Positions 56,001 through 64,000 of a stretch of 64,000 bases of DNA are shown piece after piece. Made by a program: the position numbers and the translations under genes. How positions within the stretch are numbered: position 1 is the stretch's first letter; the number at the start of each line of letters is the position of its first letter. This stretch comes from an uncultured Planctomycetia bacterium (GTDB lineage: Bacteria; Omnitrophota; Gorgyraeia; Tantalellales; Tantalellaceae), in assembly GCA_964421015.1 (NCBI GenBank), contig CAYQUS010000008.1, forward strand, positions 1,932 through 65,931, read 5' to 3'. The notes under the pieces are model-generated. The model was not told the origin of the DNA. It saw only the letters and a list, made by a program, of their open reading frames with translations, and made no database searches.

Positions 56001-56375
56001 CGGGATGTCTATTCTGGCCGAAAGGGTGGCCGAAGCTTCCGTTGTCTCTATGCCCTGAGCGGAGAGGGCCACGACAAGAGTATCCCCGGAAAGGAGTGTC
56101 CATATTTCGGGGGTTATTGATAAATTCTCTATTTTCCCCAGAGAGGCACCCGTGTCGGGAGAGGATATTTCTATTCCCCGAAGGACCAGCGAGAAGGGAA
56201 AAGAGAAACCTAACCGCGAAAAAACCACGGAACTTCCGGAGGCTTCGGAAAAAGCAAGTTCAAGGCGCTCTTTAAGTTCGGCAAGAGCCCTTGAGCTGTC
56301 ATTGTGGTACCATATAGTAATGGCCAGGAGGGCTGACAGTACAGCCACCACTCCCGTCCGTAAGAGCTTTTTCAT
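53049..56375 (-). CDS. AsmA-family (AsmA/TamB-like) large periplasmic-spanning protein
   Basis: An N-terminal TM anchor is followed by 1100 aa of repetitive beta-rich sequence (LSITPEIW..., LKMNVYDESLPVSF...) typical of AsmA-like proteins. Confidence 0.6.
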   Translation of the reverse strand: MKKLLRTGVVAVLSALLAITIWYHNDSSRALAELKERLELAFSEASGSSVVFSRLGFSFPFSLVLRGIEISSPDTGASLGKIENLSITPEIWTLLSGDTLVVALSAQGIETTEASATLSARIDIPKKNDLIQTLGSPVIKTIELTGGEISFREYRLRKITGKLDLGSGGLTGAEVLFSFKGEDFLANFSKTPQEKTCFSGTLRSMDYTLKGRFYPDDDILAVDNLKGKVLSFNADIFGSISDLSVPGKRTVRLKGYVGGGLKNVILLALGREKAEDPVFRDGLFTAAFDAGFREDDIKNISVSANIKADKLPLNNLEIRDISGKLNVNSGILAVSDMTFFVAGYPAGLSLKMNVYDESLPVSFTASASKMDLTRTLNGINLANKNNYGPCDLEISFSGSGKKLYTAARYFAETGSIYPDGSIFSGMEMSGLVKLKNYSDENNRFDDIIAEFFLKNGYLEATDLFFRSFGGEFSGKGGISFTEPGMPVFGDLSVKIPDPDLLPKDFLGNNCRMQGPVKLDVSFRGPGKLISDFFKKPVPDAESFSRKDDGNLWRRLLLPEYRHRLPEVTLTSSSEIRKLYCSGILLEDVKAAITLDKGTFAFPSLLFRAFGGSVNGKFKISPPERGIPVSVDLYLKDISPSLIPRNMLDTSAIDPGLLDLDVSFSGSGSFLSAIVKDMSGNTSEKEILRKFWRTLLKNEYRDPLARTRAGLRFRLSGMDYKGIRLNKIELDASASDGNIDLPYFYASHKNSSLSGTAWLGIDYADFPVKFSSVLKQADLSEISTKLLSSPGLVEGPGDVAFSFAGHGRVLSEVERHIAAVGKRDNPSSLEKLHSALLFMSEKGLFRNQFFRSSFSLKTLRTGNVRFDNVFGDMVLDNSFFSVPSLTAIFYRGVLSCNLKCDLGTLGFPFSFNAEIKRADLMALVKETMDKKSVVHGNFDFNVQAFGKAEYQTTYAGEGALAIYDANLGRVPILTPLLGWIYEGLEDVFPAFKKINIDSAGATFDIKDRKLITQDLVLSGSDICLIAEGSLDFDGRLDFSFENELIEQRQPEEEDWPVSVRNFITSFGKTISRARLRGTLKDQKWEFEYLAPIRNAISGNVKAFFEGLSR

Positions 56376-56468
56376 GGCAAGAAGTATATCATGGGGGTGG
56401 GGTAATCACAAGTAACGGCCTGCCGGAAGAGCGCGTCGTGAGTTTGGCGGCGGTAGGGACATTAACCT

Positions 56469-56496
56469 TTGACTTGACTGTTCAAGCTGTTATAAT
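56469..56496 (+). promoter_or_regulatory. sigma70-type promoter TTGACT-16-TATAAT ending 6 nt before the otsA ATG (leaderless transcript likely)
   Basis: -35 TTGACT at 56469-56474 and -10 TATAAT at 56491-56496. The ATG is at 56503, with no room for an RBS. Confidence 0.5.
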
Positions 56497-56502
56497 AAAA
56501 AT

Positions 56503-58026
56503 ATGGCCGGAAAAAGCGTGAAAAAAAATACCGCTGAAAAATCCGCGCGGAAGAAGGGAAGAGGGAACCTCATAATCGTGTCCAATAGGCTGCCGTACAC
56601 AAGAGGCGGCGCTAATGGAGAGGATTTTTTGTGGCAGAAGTCCACGGGCGGTCTTATAACCGCGATGGAACCTATATTGCTTTCCAGAAGAGGCACCTGG
56701 GTGGGCTGGGACGGTATGGTAGACCGTTCTCCCGATAAGGCAAGACCCCGAATACTCGATGTTAAGTCCATAAGAACGTCAGAAAAGAAACCCCGGACAG
56801 AAGGTTCATACGGGATACTATGCGTTCCTGTAAGCGAAAAAGAGGTCAAAGAGTATTATGACGATTTTTCCACCGGTACCCTGTGGGGGCTTTTTCATTA
56901 TTTTTTCGAAAAATGCCGTGTGGATTCCCGCGCATGGAAGACCTACTGTTCGGTAAACAGGAGGTTCGCCAGGTATATCTCCGAAATAGCCGGGGATGAA
57001 GATGTTGTCTGGGTACAGGATTTTCATCTTTTCATGGTGCCGCATTATTTAAGAGCTCTAAGGCCCCGGCAAAAGATACATTTTTTTCTGCACATACCGT
57101 TCCCCCATACCGATATACTCGACATACTCCCCTGGCAGCCGGAGATCCTTGGGTCGCTCCTGGAATGCGATACGGTAGGGTTTCATCACGAGCAGTATCT
57201 CCGAAATTTCCGGGAGGCGGTCGAGAAATACAGAGAGGGCCTTAAGGAAGGAGCTGTCATTACCGGAGAGAAAGACCTTACTCCGGAAAAACCGCGAAAG
57301 ACATTCTTCTACGCCAACCCCATCAGCATAGATTTTGATCTTATAGACAGTACATCCAGGAAGGCCGCCGTGATCGAAAGAAGAGATGAGATAAGAAGGC
57401 AGGCCGGATGCGAAAAAATACTTCTGGGGGTTGACCGCATAGATTACTCCAAGGGCATAGCGGAGAGGCTGGAAGGAATAAAACTTCTTCTGGAATCCCA
57501 TCCGGAACTGAGTGAAAAAATATTCTACTACCAGCTTGTTATACCGAGCAGGGAAAACGTGAAGGAGTATAAGGCTCTCAAGCGTAAGATAGACGAGCTT
57601 ATCGGCCAGATAAACGGCAGGTTCTCTACCGGGCTTTGGGCACCGGTCCACTACAACTACGGAACGGTGGATCTTAACGAGCTTGTGGCGCTTTACATGG
57701 CCGCCGACGTGGCTCTTGTGACGCCTTTAAGGGACGGGATGAACCTCGTATGCAAGGAATTTGTGGCCGCCAGGTCCGACGGTGACGGCGTGCTGGTCCT
57801 GTCAAAGTTCGCTGGCGCGATAGCGGAGATAAAGAACTGCCTTCCGGTGAACCCTTACAGCGTGGAAGATATAGCCGACGTTGTTTACCGGGCTTTAAAT
57901 CTCCCGGAAGAGGAGAGGCGACTGCGGATGGGCAGGATGAGAATGAACATAAAGGGCAATAACATAGCGGGTTGGCTTCAGAAATGCCTTGAGTATTTCG
58001 ATATCGCGCAAAGAGGTAAGGAATGA
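56503..58026 (+). CDS. otsA: alpha,alpha-trehalose-phosphate synthase (GT20, OtsA)
   Basis: [25 protein letters not shown] and the GT20 C-terminal motifs ([12 protein letters not shown]). Confidence 0.9.
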   Translation: MAGKSVKKNTAEKSARKKGRGNLIIVSNRLPYTRGGANGEDFLWQKSTGGLITAMEPILLSRRGTWVGWDGMVDRSPDKARPRILDVKSIRTSEKKPRTEGSYGILCVPVSEKEVKEYYDDFSTGTLWGLFHYFFEKCRVDSRAWKTYCSVNRRFARYISEIAGDEDVVWVQDFHLFMVPHYLRALRPRQKIHFFLHIPFPHTDILDILPWQPEILGSLLECDTVGFHHEQYLRNFREAVEKYREGLKEGAVITGEKDLTPEKPRKTFFYANPISIDFDLIDSTSRKAAVIERRDEIRRQAGCEKILLGVDRIDYSKGIAERLEGIKLLLESHPELSEKIFYYQLVIPSRENVKEYKALKRKIDELIGQINGRFSTGLWAPVHYNYGTVDLNELVALYMAADVALVTPLRDGMNLVCKEFVAARSDGDGVLVLSKFAGAIAEIKNCLPVNPYSVEDIADVVYRALNLPEEERRLRMGRMRMNIKGNNIAGWLQKCLEYFDIAQRGKE

Positions 58027-58823
58027 AACATCTTATGGATGAGTGGCCGGCCGTGGAAGCGGCCATAACAGGGTCTTGTGTTTTTTTTCTGCTTGATTTT
58101 GACGGTACTCTGGCGGCGATAAGACGCGATCCCGCCAAGGCGGCCCTCAGCCGAAAAGCGGAAGAGACCCTGGCTGAGGCCGTGTCCACAAAAGGGATTT
58201 CAGTGGCGGTCATAAGCGGAAGATCCAGGCGCGACATAATGTCCCGGGTGGGAATAAAGGGAATAACATACGTGGGCAATCACGGGTTTGAAACTGGAAA
58301 GCCCCAAACCGGGGGCTCTTTCCGAAAAACCCGCCGTTTTTCGCAAGCTATCAGGAAAGTAGCGACCTTGCTTAAAGCGTCATGCGGCAGTATTGACGGT
58401 GTTATCGTCGAGGACAAGGGGCTGACGATAAGCGTACACTACAGGATGGCCTCTTCGCGGGATGCCGCAAAGGTCAGAAGACTTTTCAGCGATGTTGTGA
58501 CCCCCTATTTGTCCGCCGGCAGGGTGTTCGCCTCAGGAGGCAAGAAGGTGTTGGAGGTGCTTCCTCCCGTAAAGTGGGATAAGGGAGAGGCCGCGTTAAG
58601 GCTAATTTCCGAAAAAAAAAGAATGTCGAAGAAGCCCGTTCTTCCGGTATATATCGGAGATGATATTACCGACGAAACGGCCTTTAAGGCCATAGGGAAC
58701 TCAGGCCTCACGGTGCTTGTCGGCAGGCGTTCTTCCGCGGCCGGTCACTACCTCGAGGGTACGGGAGAGGTCATAAGTTTCATACGGAGAACAATAAAGG
58801 TCAAGAAAGGAGACATAAGATGA
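58023..58823 (+). CDS. otsB: trehalose-6-phosphate phosphatase (HAD, OtsB)
   Basis: DFDGTL motif I, a trehalose-phosphatase-like cap, and GDDITDE motif IV. ATGA overlap with otsA. Confidence 0.85.
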   Translation: MKHLMDEWPAVEAAITGSCVFFLLDFDGTLAAIRRDPAKAALSRKAEETLAEAVSTKGISVAVISGRSRRDIMSRVGIKGITYVGNHGFETGKPQTGGSFRKTRRFSQAIRKVATLLKASCGSIDGVIVEDKGLTISVHYRMASSRDAAKVRRLFSDVVTPYLSAGRVFASGGKKVLEVLPPVKWDKGEAALRLISEKKRMSKKPVLPVYIGDDITDETAFKAIGNSGLTVLVGRRSSAAGHYLEGTGEVISFIRRTIKVKKGDIR

Positions 58824-59491
58824 ACGAGGGAAGATCCGGTAAAGATCCCTTTCATTTTTATTCAAGAATGCTTCTCCCCGAACTTACCGGACTCAGGGCC
58901 TCTGATCTGGGGGAGATGCTTTCGATAATAAAAAACGCTGAGCCTTCGGTTATCTATCATCACACCCACAGGTTCATACAGCAGCATCAGTATCTTACTC
59001 CGGAGCCTCCGAATGACTTCGCTTTCTGGATAAGCGGTGTTCTGGGGGAATACAAGCTCGGGGAAAAACTTGAGAGCATAAGCACAATAGACTTTCCGTC
59101 CATAGGGGCGCTTAAGGATAAAATTGTTTCCGTAATAGAACAATACGTAAAATCCTGTCCCGAGGCCCTGAACAGGAAGGCCCATCCCGGGGAAGAGTTC
59201 CATTTTGTCAAATCCGTGAGCTTTATTTTTCCTACTGACTATTGGGCCGCTGACCTGGATGAGTTCGCCGAGGCTCTAGGAAAAGTAGCTATGAGCTCGA
59301 TATACTTTCATATGTTCGAGGCCAGGCTCAGGCTTGAAAAAGGGAACAACGATTTTTCTTTCTGGATAGGTTCTTCTATGGGGGATACCGAGCTGGCGGG
59401 GAGAATATCCAGGCTTGACCCCTACACGTACACTCTTGAACAGCTCAGGGAAAAGATAATAAGTATGATAAAAGAGAGGAAGGTGAACTGA
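58820..59491 (+). CDS. hypothetical protein with internal duplication, embedded in trehalose operon
   Basis: Two repeats are present: NDFAFWISGVLGEYKLGEKL...ALKDKIVSVIEQY and NDFSFWIGSSMGDTELAGRI...LEQLREKIISMIKE. ATGA overlap with otsB. It ends 1 nt before treT. Confidence 0.5.
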   Translation: MNEGRSGKDPFHFYSRMLLPELTGLRASDLGEMLSIIKNAEPSVIYHHTHRFIQQHQYLTPEPPNDFAFWISGVLGEYKLGEKLESISTIDFPSIGALKDKIVSVIEQYVKSCPEALNRKAHPGEEFHFVKSVSFIFPTDYWAADLDEFAEALGKVAMSSIYFHMFEARLRLEKGNNDFSFWIGSSMGDTELAGRISRLDPYTYTLEQLREKIISMIKERKVN

Positions 59492-59492
59492 G

Positions 59493-60701
59493 ATGGGTAT
59501 AGATTCCTACTCGACGGTTGTCGGGCAGTTCGTGATAGATGATCTCAGGCTTCTGGCCACGAAGCTCAAAGGTAAGGTCATACAGCATTTTAATTCCACC
59601 GCCGTGGGAGGAGGGGTGGCGGAGATACTTAACCGCATGGTGCCGCTGCTCAAGGATCTTGGGGTGGAAAACAGATGGGATGTAATAAAAGGCGGGGAGA
59701 AGTTCTTCGAAGTTACAAAGAAATTCCATAATGCCCTGCATGGAAGGGACGAGGGGCTTTCGAAAAAAGATCTGGATGTTTTTCTGGAAACGGGGAGAGC
59801 CAACGAAGAGAATATGGACATACGGGGAGACATAGTTTTTGTGCATGATCCCCAGCCTATAACGCTCATTAACCGCAAGAAGGACAACAAGTGGTTATGG
59901 CGGTGCCACGTTGATGTGTCGAGCCCCGATGAGTACCTTTGGGAATTCCTCAACGGGTTCATTTCAAGGTACGATTCAGCCATATTTTCCGCTCCCGGTT
60001 TTTCCAGAAAACTTTCCATAAGGCAGTTCCTGATAGCCCCCTCGATAGATCCTCTCAGCGACAAGAACAGGGATCTTCCGGAAGATGTAGTGCGGAGTGT
60101 CCTTGAAAAATACTCGATCCCCAAGGATAAGCCCATAATAACCCAGATCTCAAGGTTCGATAGGCTGAAAGACCCGGTGGGTGTGATAGAGGCCTACAAG
60201 CTGGTTAAAAAGAATTTTGACTGCCGCCTGGTGCTTGCCGGAGGCACGGCCAGCGACGATCCCGAGGGAATGCTTGTTCTGAACGAGGTGCGGGAAATGG
60301 CTCACGGCGATCCGGATATACATGTTCTTCTCCTTCCCCAGGATGATATTGTCATAAACGCGCTTCAAAGAGCTTCCGACGTGGTCCTGCAGAAATCACT
60401 GAAGGAGGGGTTCGGGCTTACTATATCGGAGGCTTTATGGAAGTCTAAAGCCGTGGTGGCCTCTAACGTCGGAGGGATACCTCTCCAGGTAAAACACGGG
60501 TACACCGGGCTTTTGTGTAATTCGGTGGAAGGCGCGGCGTATTCGATAAAGAAGTTCCTCAGTAATCCCGCTTATGCCGCCCGGCTGGGGATGAACGGCA
60601 GGGAACACGTGAGGCAGAATTTCCTTTTGACCCGGCATCTGAGGGATTACATGCTTGTGTTCCTGTCGCTTTATCATCCGGGAGACATCGTTTGCCTGTA
60701 G
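59493..60701 (+). CDS. treT: trehalose glycosyltransferring synthase TreT-like (GT4)
   Basis: The N-terminus is collinear with archaeal TreT: HFNSTAVGGGVAEILNRMVPLL, RWDVIKG, FFEVTKKFHNALHG, VFVHDPQP, WLWRCHVDVSSP, EFLNGFISRYD. Confidence 0.8.
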   Translation: MGIDSYSTVVGQFVIDDLRLLATKLKGKVIQHFNSTAVGGGVAEILNRMVPLLKDLGVENRWDVIKGGEKFFEVTKKFHNALHGRDEGLSKKDLDVFLETGRANEENMDIRGDIVFVHDPQPITLINRKKDNKWLWRCHVDVSSPDEYLWEFLNGFISRYDSAIFSAPGFSRKLSIRQFLIAPSIDPLSDKNRDLPEDVVRSVLEKYSIPKDKPIITQISRFDRLKDPVGVIEAYKLVKKNFDCRLVLAGGTASDDPEGMLVLNEVREMAHGDPDIHVLLLPQDDIVINALQRASDVVLQKSLKEGFGLTISEALWKSKAVVASNVGGIPLQVKHGYTGLLCNSVEGAAYSIKKFLSNPAYAARLGMNGREHVRQNFLLTRHLRDYMLVFLSLYHPGDIVCL

Positions 60702-60719
60702 GGCATAACCTGCGGAGAT

Positions 60720-61976
60720 TCAGCTTTTCAAAACAAGCTCTGCGGAACTTATTCCGGCCAGATATCCCGTTGAGAAAGCGGCCTGAAGGTTAAAGCCTCC
60801 TGTATCGCCGTCCACGTCTATTATCTCACCGGCGAAATAAAGCCCTTCTACTATACGGGACGACATGGTTTTGGGGTCTATTTCCCCGAGGCTGATACCG
60901 CCGACCGTGACCATGGCTTCATCTATAGGGCAGGTGGAGGTCACCGTGAATCTGAGGGCTTTGAAGAGGCGGGCAAGCTCGAATTTTTCCGAGCGTGTTA
61001 TCTGGTTGCAGGTTTTTTCGCCGTCGGAAAGAGAAAGTGACACAAGAAATTCCGCGAGCCGCTTGGGGATAGAATCGTTGAAACAGTTCTTGAGCCGCCT
61101 GGAAGGAGAGGTTTTTGAATAAGAGGCGATGATATCCGAGATCTCTTCAAGACGACTATCCGGGAAAAGATCCAGTTCCAGAAAAACTTCTTTTCCCCCG
61201 GAGAGTTCGTCGGCAATAGATCCGCTGGCAGACAGAACAGCCGGCCCTGACAGGCCTTTCGCGGTGAAAATAACGTCGCCCTTTTCTTTCTTTATTTTTT
61301 TTCCGCCGGAGATCACGGTGACGGCCACACCGCAAAGAGAAACTCCTTTAAGCCGGGAGGGGTGATTTTCTTTTACCACGATAGGAACAAGTCCGGCCTT
61401 TGGGGGCAGGAAGCTGTGTCCGGTTTGGCGCGCCATTCGAAAGCCGTCGCCTGTGGAACCCGTGGAGGGATATGAAACGCCGCCGGTAGCAAGTATCACG
61501 GCCCGGCATGAAAGAGTTCCTCCCCCGGAAAGTTTTACCCCGGAAATACTCCCGCTTTTCACAACCAGGTCCGAGACGGGTTCTTTGACCAGAGTTTTTA
61601 CGTTTAAGTTCACCGTTTCTCTCTCGAGAACGGCAAGTATATCCGAAGATCTTTCCGTGGAAGGGAATACACGTCCGCCACCCTCGACCCGGCAGGCAAG
61701 ACCGCGTTTTTCGAAAAATCCCATCAGGACCGAGGGAGGGAAGCAGTTATAGGCGTCCCTAAGGAATTTACCGTTCCTGCCGAACTTTGAAATGAAACTT
61801 TCCAGAGGGGCGGTATTGGTAAAATTGCATCTACCGTTCCCGGTAAGAAGGAGTTTCCTTCCGAGAGCGGGATTTTTTTCCAGAAGACATACATTGGCGC
61901 CGCGAACTGAGGCGGATATGGCAGCCATGAGGCCCGCGGGGCCGGCTCCTATTACCGCTATATCGGTTTTTTTCAT
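60720..61976 (-). CDS. HI0933/YhiN-family FAD flavoprotein (aminoacetone-oxidase-like)
   Basis: MKKTDIAVIGAGPAGLMAAISA dinucleotide-binding motif, GNGRCNFTN, and the C-terminal GGFNLQAAFSTGYLAG. Confidence 0.8.
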   Translation of the reverse strand: MKKTDIAVIGAGPAGLMAAISASVRGANVCLLEKNPALGRKLLLTGNGRCNFTNTAPLESFISKFGRNGKFLRDAYNCFPPSVLMGFFEKRGLACRVEGGGRVFPSTERSSDILAVLERETVNLNVKTLVKEPVSDLVVKSGSISGVKLSGGGTLSCRAVILATGGVSYPSTGSTGDGFRMARQTGHSFLPPKAGLVPIVVKENHPSRLKGVSLCGVAVTVISGGKKIKKEKGDVIFTAKGLSGPAVLSASGSIADELSGGKEVFLELDLFPDSRLEEISDIIASYSKTSPSRRLKNCFNDSIPKRLAEFLVSLSLSDGEKTCNQITRSEKFELARLFKALRFTVTSTCPIDEAMVTVGGISLGEIDPKTMSSRIVEGLYFAGEIIDVDGDTGGFNLQAAFSTGYLAGISSAELVLKS

Positions 61977-62046
61977 GAGGCATATTATACATCCCGCCTA
62001 GGGGTGCAGGCAAAGCATTGTTTTCTGCCCCGGGGGGAACATTTTC

Positions 62047-62074
62047 TTGACAACACAGTGTTAAGTGATACTAT
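62047..62074 (+). promoter_or_regulatory. sigma70-like promoter TTGACA-16-TACTAT
   Basis: -35 at 62047-62052 and -10 at 62069-62074. It lies upstream of the dksA-like gene. Confidence 0.5.
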
Positions 62075-62132
62075 GGTATACGCCGTTTTTTGGAGATAGA
62101 AAGACTAACCGGAAAAAGAGGAGAGCTTAATA

Positions 62133-62519
62133 GTGAAAAAACTTACAAAAAAAGAGCTGGAACAGTACAAGGAGAAGCTTATTGCCGAGAGGGAGAAGAT
62201 ATCCGGTGAGGTCGGAAGGCTGACCAAGGACTACCTTCGCAAGAACTCCATGGATTCTTCCGGGGATATATCCTCCCACCCTTTCCACATGGCGGACGCG
62301 GCTTCTGGTTCGTTCGATACGGAGTTCAATATAGGGTTAGCCTCAAATGAACAGGGTATCTTGTACGAGATAGACCACGCTCTGGCCAGGATAGAGGACG
62401 GTACCTACGGCATGTGCGAAAAATGCGGGGAACCGATATCCAAGAACAGGCTCAAGGCCGTTCCCTTCGCCAAGTATTGCATAAAACACCAGGAATCTCA
62501 GGAAAAAGGAAGAGTTTAG
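62133..62519 (+). CDS. DksA/TraR-family C4 zinc-finger protein
   Basis: GTG start with an AAGAGGAG RBS. The N-terminus is coiled-coil. The zinc finger reads CEKCGEPISKNRLKAVPFAKYCIKHQ. Confidence 0.8.
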   Translation: MKKLTKKELEQYKEKLIAEREKISGEVGRLTKDYLRKNSMDSSGDISSHPFHMADAASGSFDTEFNIGLASNEQGILYEIDHALARIEDGTYGMCEKCGEPISKNRLKAVPFAKYCIKHQESQEKGRV

Positions 62520-62532
62520 CGGAAGGTGGAAT

Positions 62533-63711
62533 ATGGCAAGAGTTCTCATAATAGGAGCCGGCGGGGTAGGCGGGGTAGTAACTCATAAGTGCGCCGGAGT
62601 GCCGGAGGTGTTCAGCGAGATAATGCTGGCAAGCCGCACTTTGGACAAGTGTTCCCGGATAGCTTCACAGATCGACCGCAAAATAGAAATAGCGCAGCTG
62701 GACGCCGACAAAACCGATGAGGTCGTGGGGATCATAAAAAAGTTCAAACCCGACATCGTGGTGAACGTCGCTCTGCCTTACCAGGACCTTTCCATAATGG
62801 ACGCCTGTCTCGAGACCGGGGTGAACTACCTTGATACGGCTAACTATGAACCGCCGGACGAAGCTAAATTCTGCTACAAGTGGCAGTGGGATTACCGCGA
62901 AAAATTCAAAAAAAAGGGGATACTCGCTGTTCTCGGTTCCGGGTTCGACCCCGGAGTGACGAATATTTTCTGCGCTTATGCCCAAAAACATCATTTTGAC
63001 GAGATACACAGTATCGATATTATGGACTGTAACGCCGGTTCCCACGGTAAAGCCTTCGCCACGAACTTTAACCCTGAGATAAACATAAGGGAGATAACCC
63101 AGAAGGGCAAGTTCTGGGAAAACGGAAAGTGGAAGGAAACAGCTCCTCTTTCGGTTCACGAGACTTTTGATTTTCCAGAGATAGGCCCGCGCGAAATGTA
63201 CCTCATGTACCACGAGGAGCTGGAATCTCTGGTAGAGAACATAAAAGGCCTTAAAAAGATAAGGTTCTGGATGACTTTCGGCCAGGAATATCTTACGCAT
63301 CTTAGGGTCCTAGAAAATGTGGGCATGACAAGGATAGATCCCGTGGATTACGAGGGGCAGAAGGTGGTACCCCTTAAATTCCTCAAGGCCCTTTTGCCGG
63401 AACCGTCGACTTTGGGAGAGAATTATAAAGGCAAAACTAACATAGGGTGCATGATAGAAGGCATAAGGAACGGCAAACGGCGAAAAATTTACATCTACAA
63501 TGTCTGCGATCACGCTGAATGCTACAGAGAGGTAAAGGCTCAGGCTATATCCTATACCACGGGTGTTCCGGCTATGATAGGAGCCATGATGGTGCTTACC
63601 GGGGAGTGGAAGGGGAAAGGTGTTTTTAACGTCGAAGAGTTCGACCCGGATCCCTTTATGGAAAAACTCCCTGAACACGGTCTTCCCTGGGTGGTTGAAG
63701 AGAGAGACTGA
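62533..63711 (+). CDS. carboxynorspermidine/carboxyspermidine dehydrogenase (saccharopine dehydrogenase family)
   Basis: MARVLIIGAGGVGGVV Rossmann motif, MLASRTLDKC, and a conserved C-terminal domain. Confidence 0.8.
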   Translation: MARVLIIGAGGVGGVVTHKCAGVPEVFSEIMLASRTLDKCSRIASQIDRKIEIAQLDADKTDEVVGIIKKFKPDIVVNVALPYQDLSIMDACLETGVNYLDTANYEPPDEAKFCYKWQWDYREKFKKKGILAVLGSGFDPGVTNIFCAYAQKHHFDEIHSIDIMDCNAGSHGKAFATNFNPEINIREITQKGKFWENGKWKETAPLSVHETFDFPEIGPREMYLMYHEELESLVENIKGLKKIRFWMTFGQEYLTHLRVLENVGMTRIDPVDYEGQKVVPLKFLKALLPEPSTLGENYKGKTNIGCMIEGIRNGKRRKIYIYNVCDHAECYREVKAQAISYTTGVPAMIGAMMVLTGEWKGKGVFNVEEFDPDPFMEKLPEHGLPWVVEERD

Positions 63712-63743
63712 TAGCTCCGGGGAACGTTCCGTCTAACGGCAAA

Positions 63744-64000
63744 AATGACAATATCCCACAAGGTCCCTCACACTCCATGCTACGTTATAGACGGATCTCT
63801 TCTCAGGAAGAACCTTGAGGTCCTCTCTGGCGTCCAGGAATCTTCCGGCGCCCGGATCTTGCTGGCTCTCAAGGGTTTTTCGATGTTCAGCGTTTTTCCA
63901 GTCATAAGGCAGTATCTTGGGGGAGTAAGCGCCAGCGGCCTTAACGAGGCCAGGCTCGGACGGGAAGAGTTCGGCGGGGAAGTGCATGTATGCGCTCCGG
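63744..64000 (+). CDS. nspC: carboxynorspermidine decarboxylase NspC, 3'-truncated by window edge
   Basis: Manual translation from the ATG at 63744 gives MTISHKVPHTPCYVIDGSLLRKNLEVLSGVQESSGARILLALKGFSMFSVFPVIRQYLGGVSASGLNEARLGREEFGGEVHVCAP. The frame is open to the window end. It is missing from the ORF track because it has no stop. Confidence 0.8.

Noticed and set aside
63733-63987. 84-aa minus-strand ORF from track
   Set aside because: It is the antisense shadow of the 3'-truncated nspC gene, which has a clear homologous translation on the + strand.
1-64000. Search for CRISPR arrays, rRNA, tRNA, transposases/integrases/IS inverted repeats
   Set aside because: No regularly spaced direct repeats were found. 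No GTTCGAATC-type tRNA T-loops were found in the intergenic gaps. No transposase or recombinase-like ORFs were found. The region appears to be stable chromosomal sequence.

Overview
This 64 kb window is densely coding, mostly on the + strand. It looks like it comes from an uncultivated diderm bacterium: there are many signal-peptide and beta-barrel proteins, LolA-like, AsmA-family and YnbE/YdbL proteins. I found no rRNA, no tRNA (no T-loop GTTCGAATC-type motif in any intergenic gap), no CRISPR array, and no transposase, integrase or IS-type terminal repeats. I call about 58 CDS. Both window edges cut genes: a MORN-repeat protein at the 5' end, and carboxynorspermidine decarboxylase (nspC) at the 3' end. 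The nspC ORF is absent from the six-frame track because it runs off the end of the window.

Recognisable housekeeping and accessory genes, in order:
- a HAMP-PP2C sensor phosphatase and a YihY/BrkB protein
- a YdbH-like protein plus a fused YnbE-YdbL lipoprotein
- a metal cluster: Fur-family regulator, His-rich outer-membrane barrel, ZraP/Spy-like protein with a Cys-rich tail
- tandem DUF1538 membrane proteins followed by a PII-like protein
- an inactive transglutaminase fused to 7 TM helices, paired with a RimK-like ATP-grasp ligase
- an ArsR-controlled MMPL (RND)-LolA-like-outer-membrane-barrel export module with a perfect 12-4-12 palindromic operator
- an orphan HydF, a SulP transporter, an ArsB/NhaD-type permease, a B12-binding radical SAM protein, and a MATE transporter
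- a secreted DJ-1/PfpI protein and a MarC-family protein
- parvulin, a beta-carbonic-anhydrase-like protein, a class II CPD photolyase, and an aminotransferase
- a membrane protein fusing HExxH, a zinc ribbon and a PAP2 phosphatase
- a LOG-family protein, MscS, and an AsmA-family protein
- a tight otsA-otsB-X-treT trehalose operon
- an HI0933-type flavoprotein and a DksA/TraR protein
- carboxynorspermidine dehydrogenase and decarboxylase

The most unusual region is 17.9-32.4 kb. It holds an operon of large secreted proteins (a concanavalin-like protein, and a zinc phospholipase C / S1-P1 nuclease-like protein with PASTA-like and Big_2 domains and a Q/N-rich tail). Downstream, an 871 aa secreted protein of unknown function is transcribed divergently from a 2136 aa giant. 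The giant carries a pyruvate phosphate dikinase (PPDK) / PEP-synthase-type ATP-grasp domain and a phosphohistidine swivel domain, but no PEP-utilising TIM barrel. Instead it has large unknown N- and C-terminal regions; the N-terminal part may be TraB/GumN/Tiki-like. I propose this as a new rifampin-phosphotransferase-like or glucan-water-dikinase-like dikinase architecture.

Four other novelties stand out. One is a 1503 aa membrane protein that fuses RidA-like domains to a SAM methyltransferase. Another is a 415 bp non-coding region containing a 15 bp perfect inverted repeat and a purine-rich tract, which may be a structured RNA. A third is an apparently leaderless otsA promoter. The last is an unannotated 55 aa PLDc_N-type membrane ORF.
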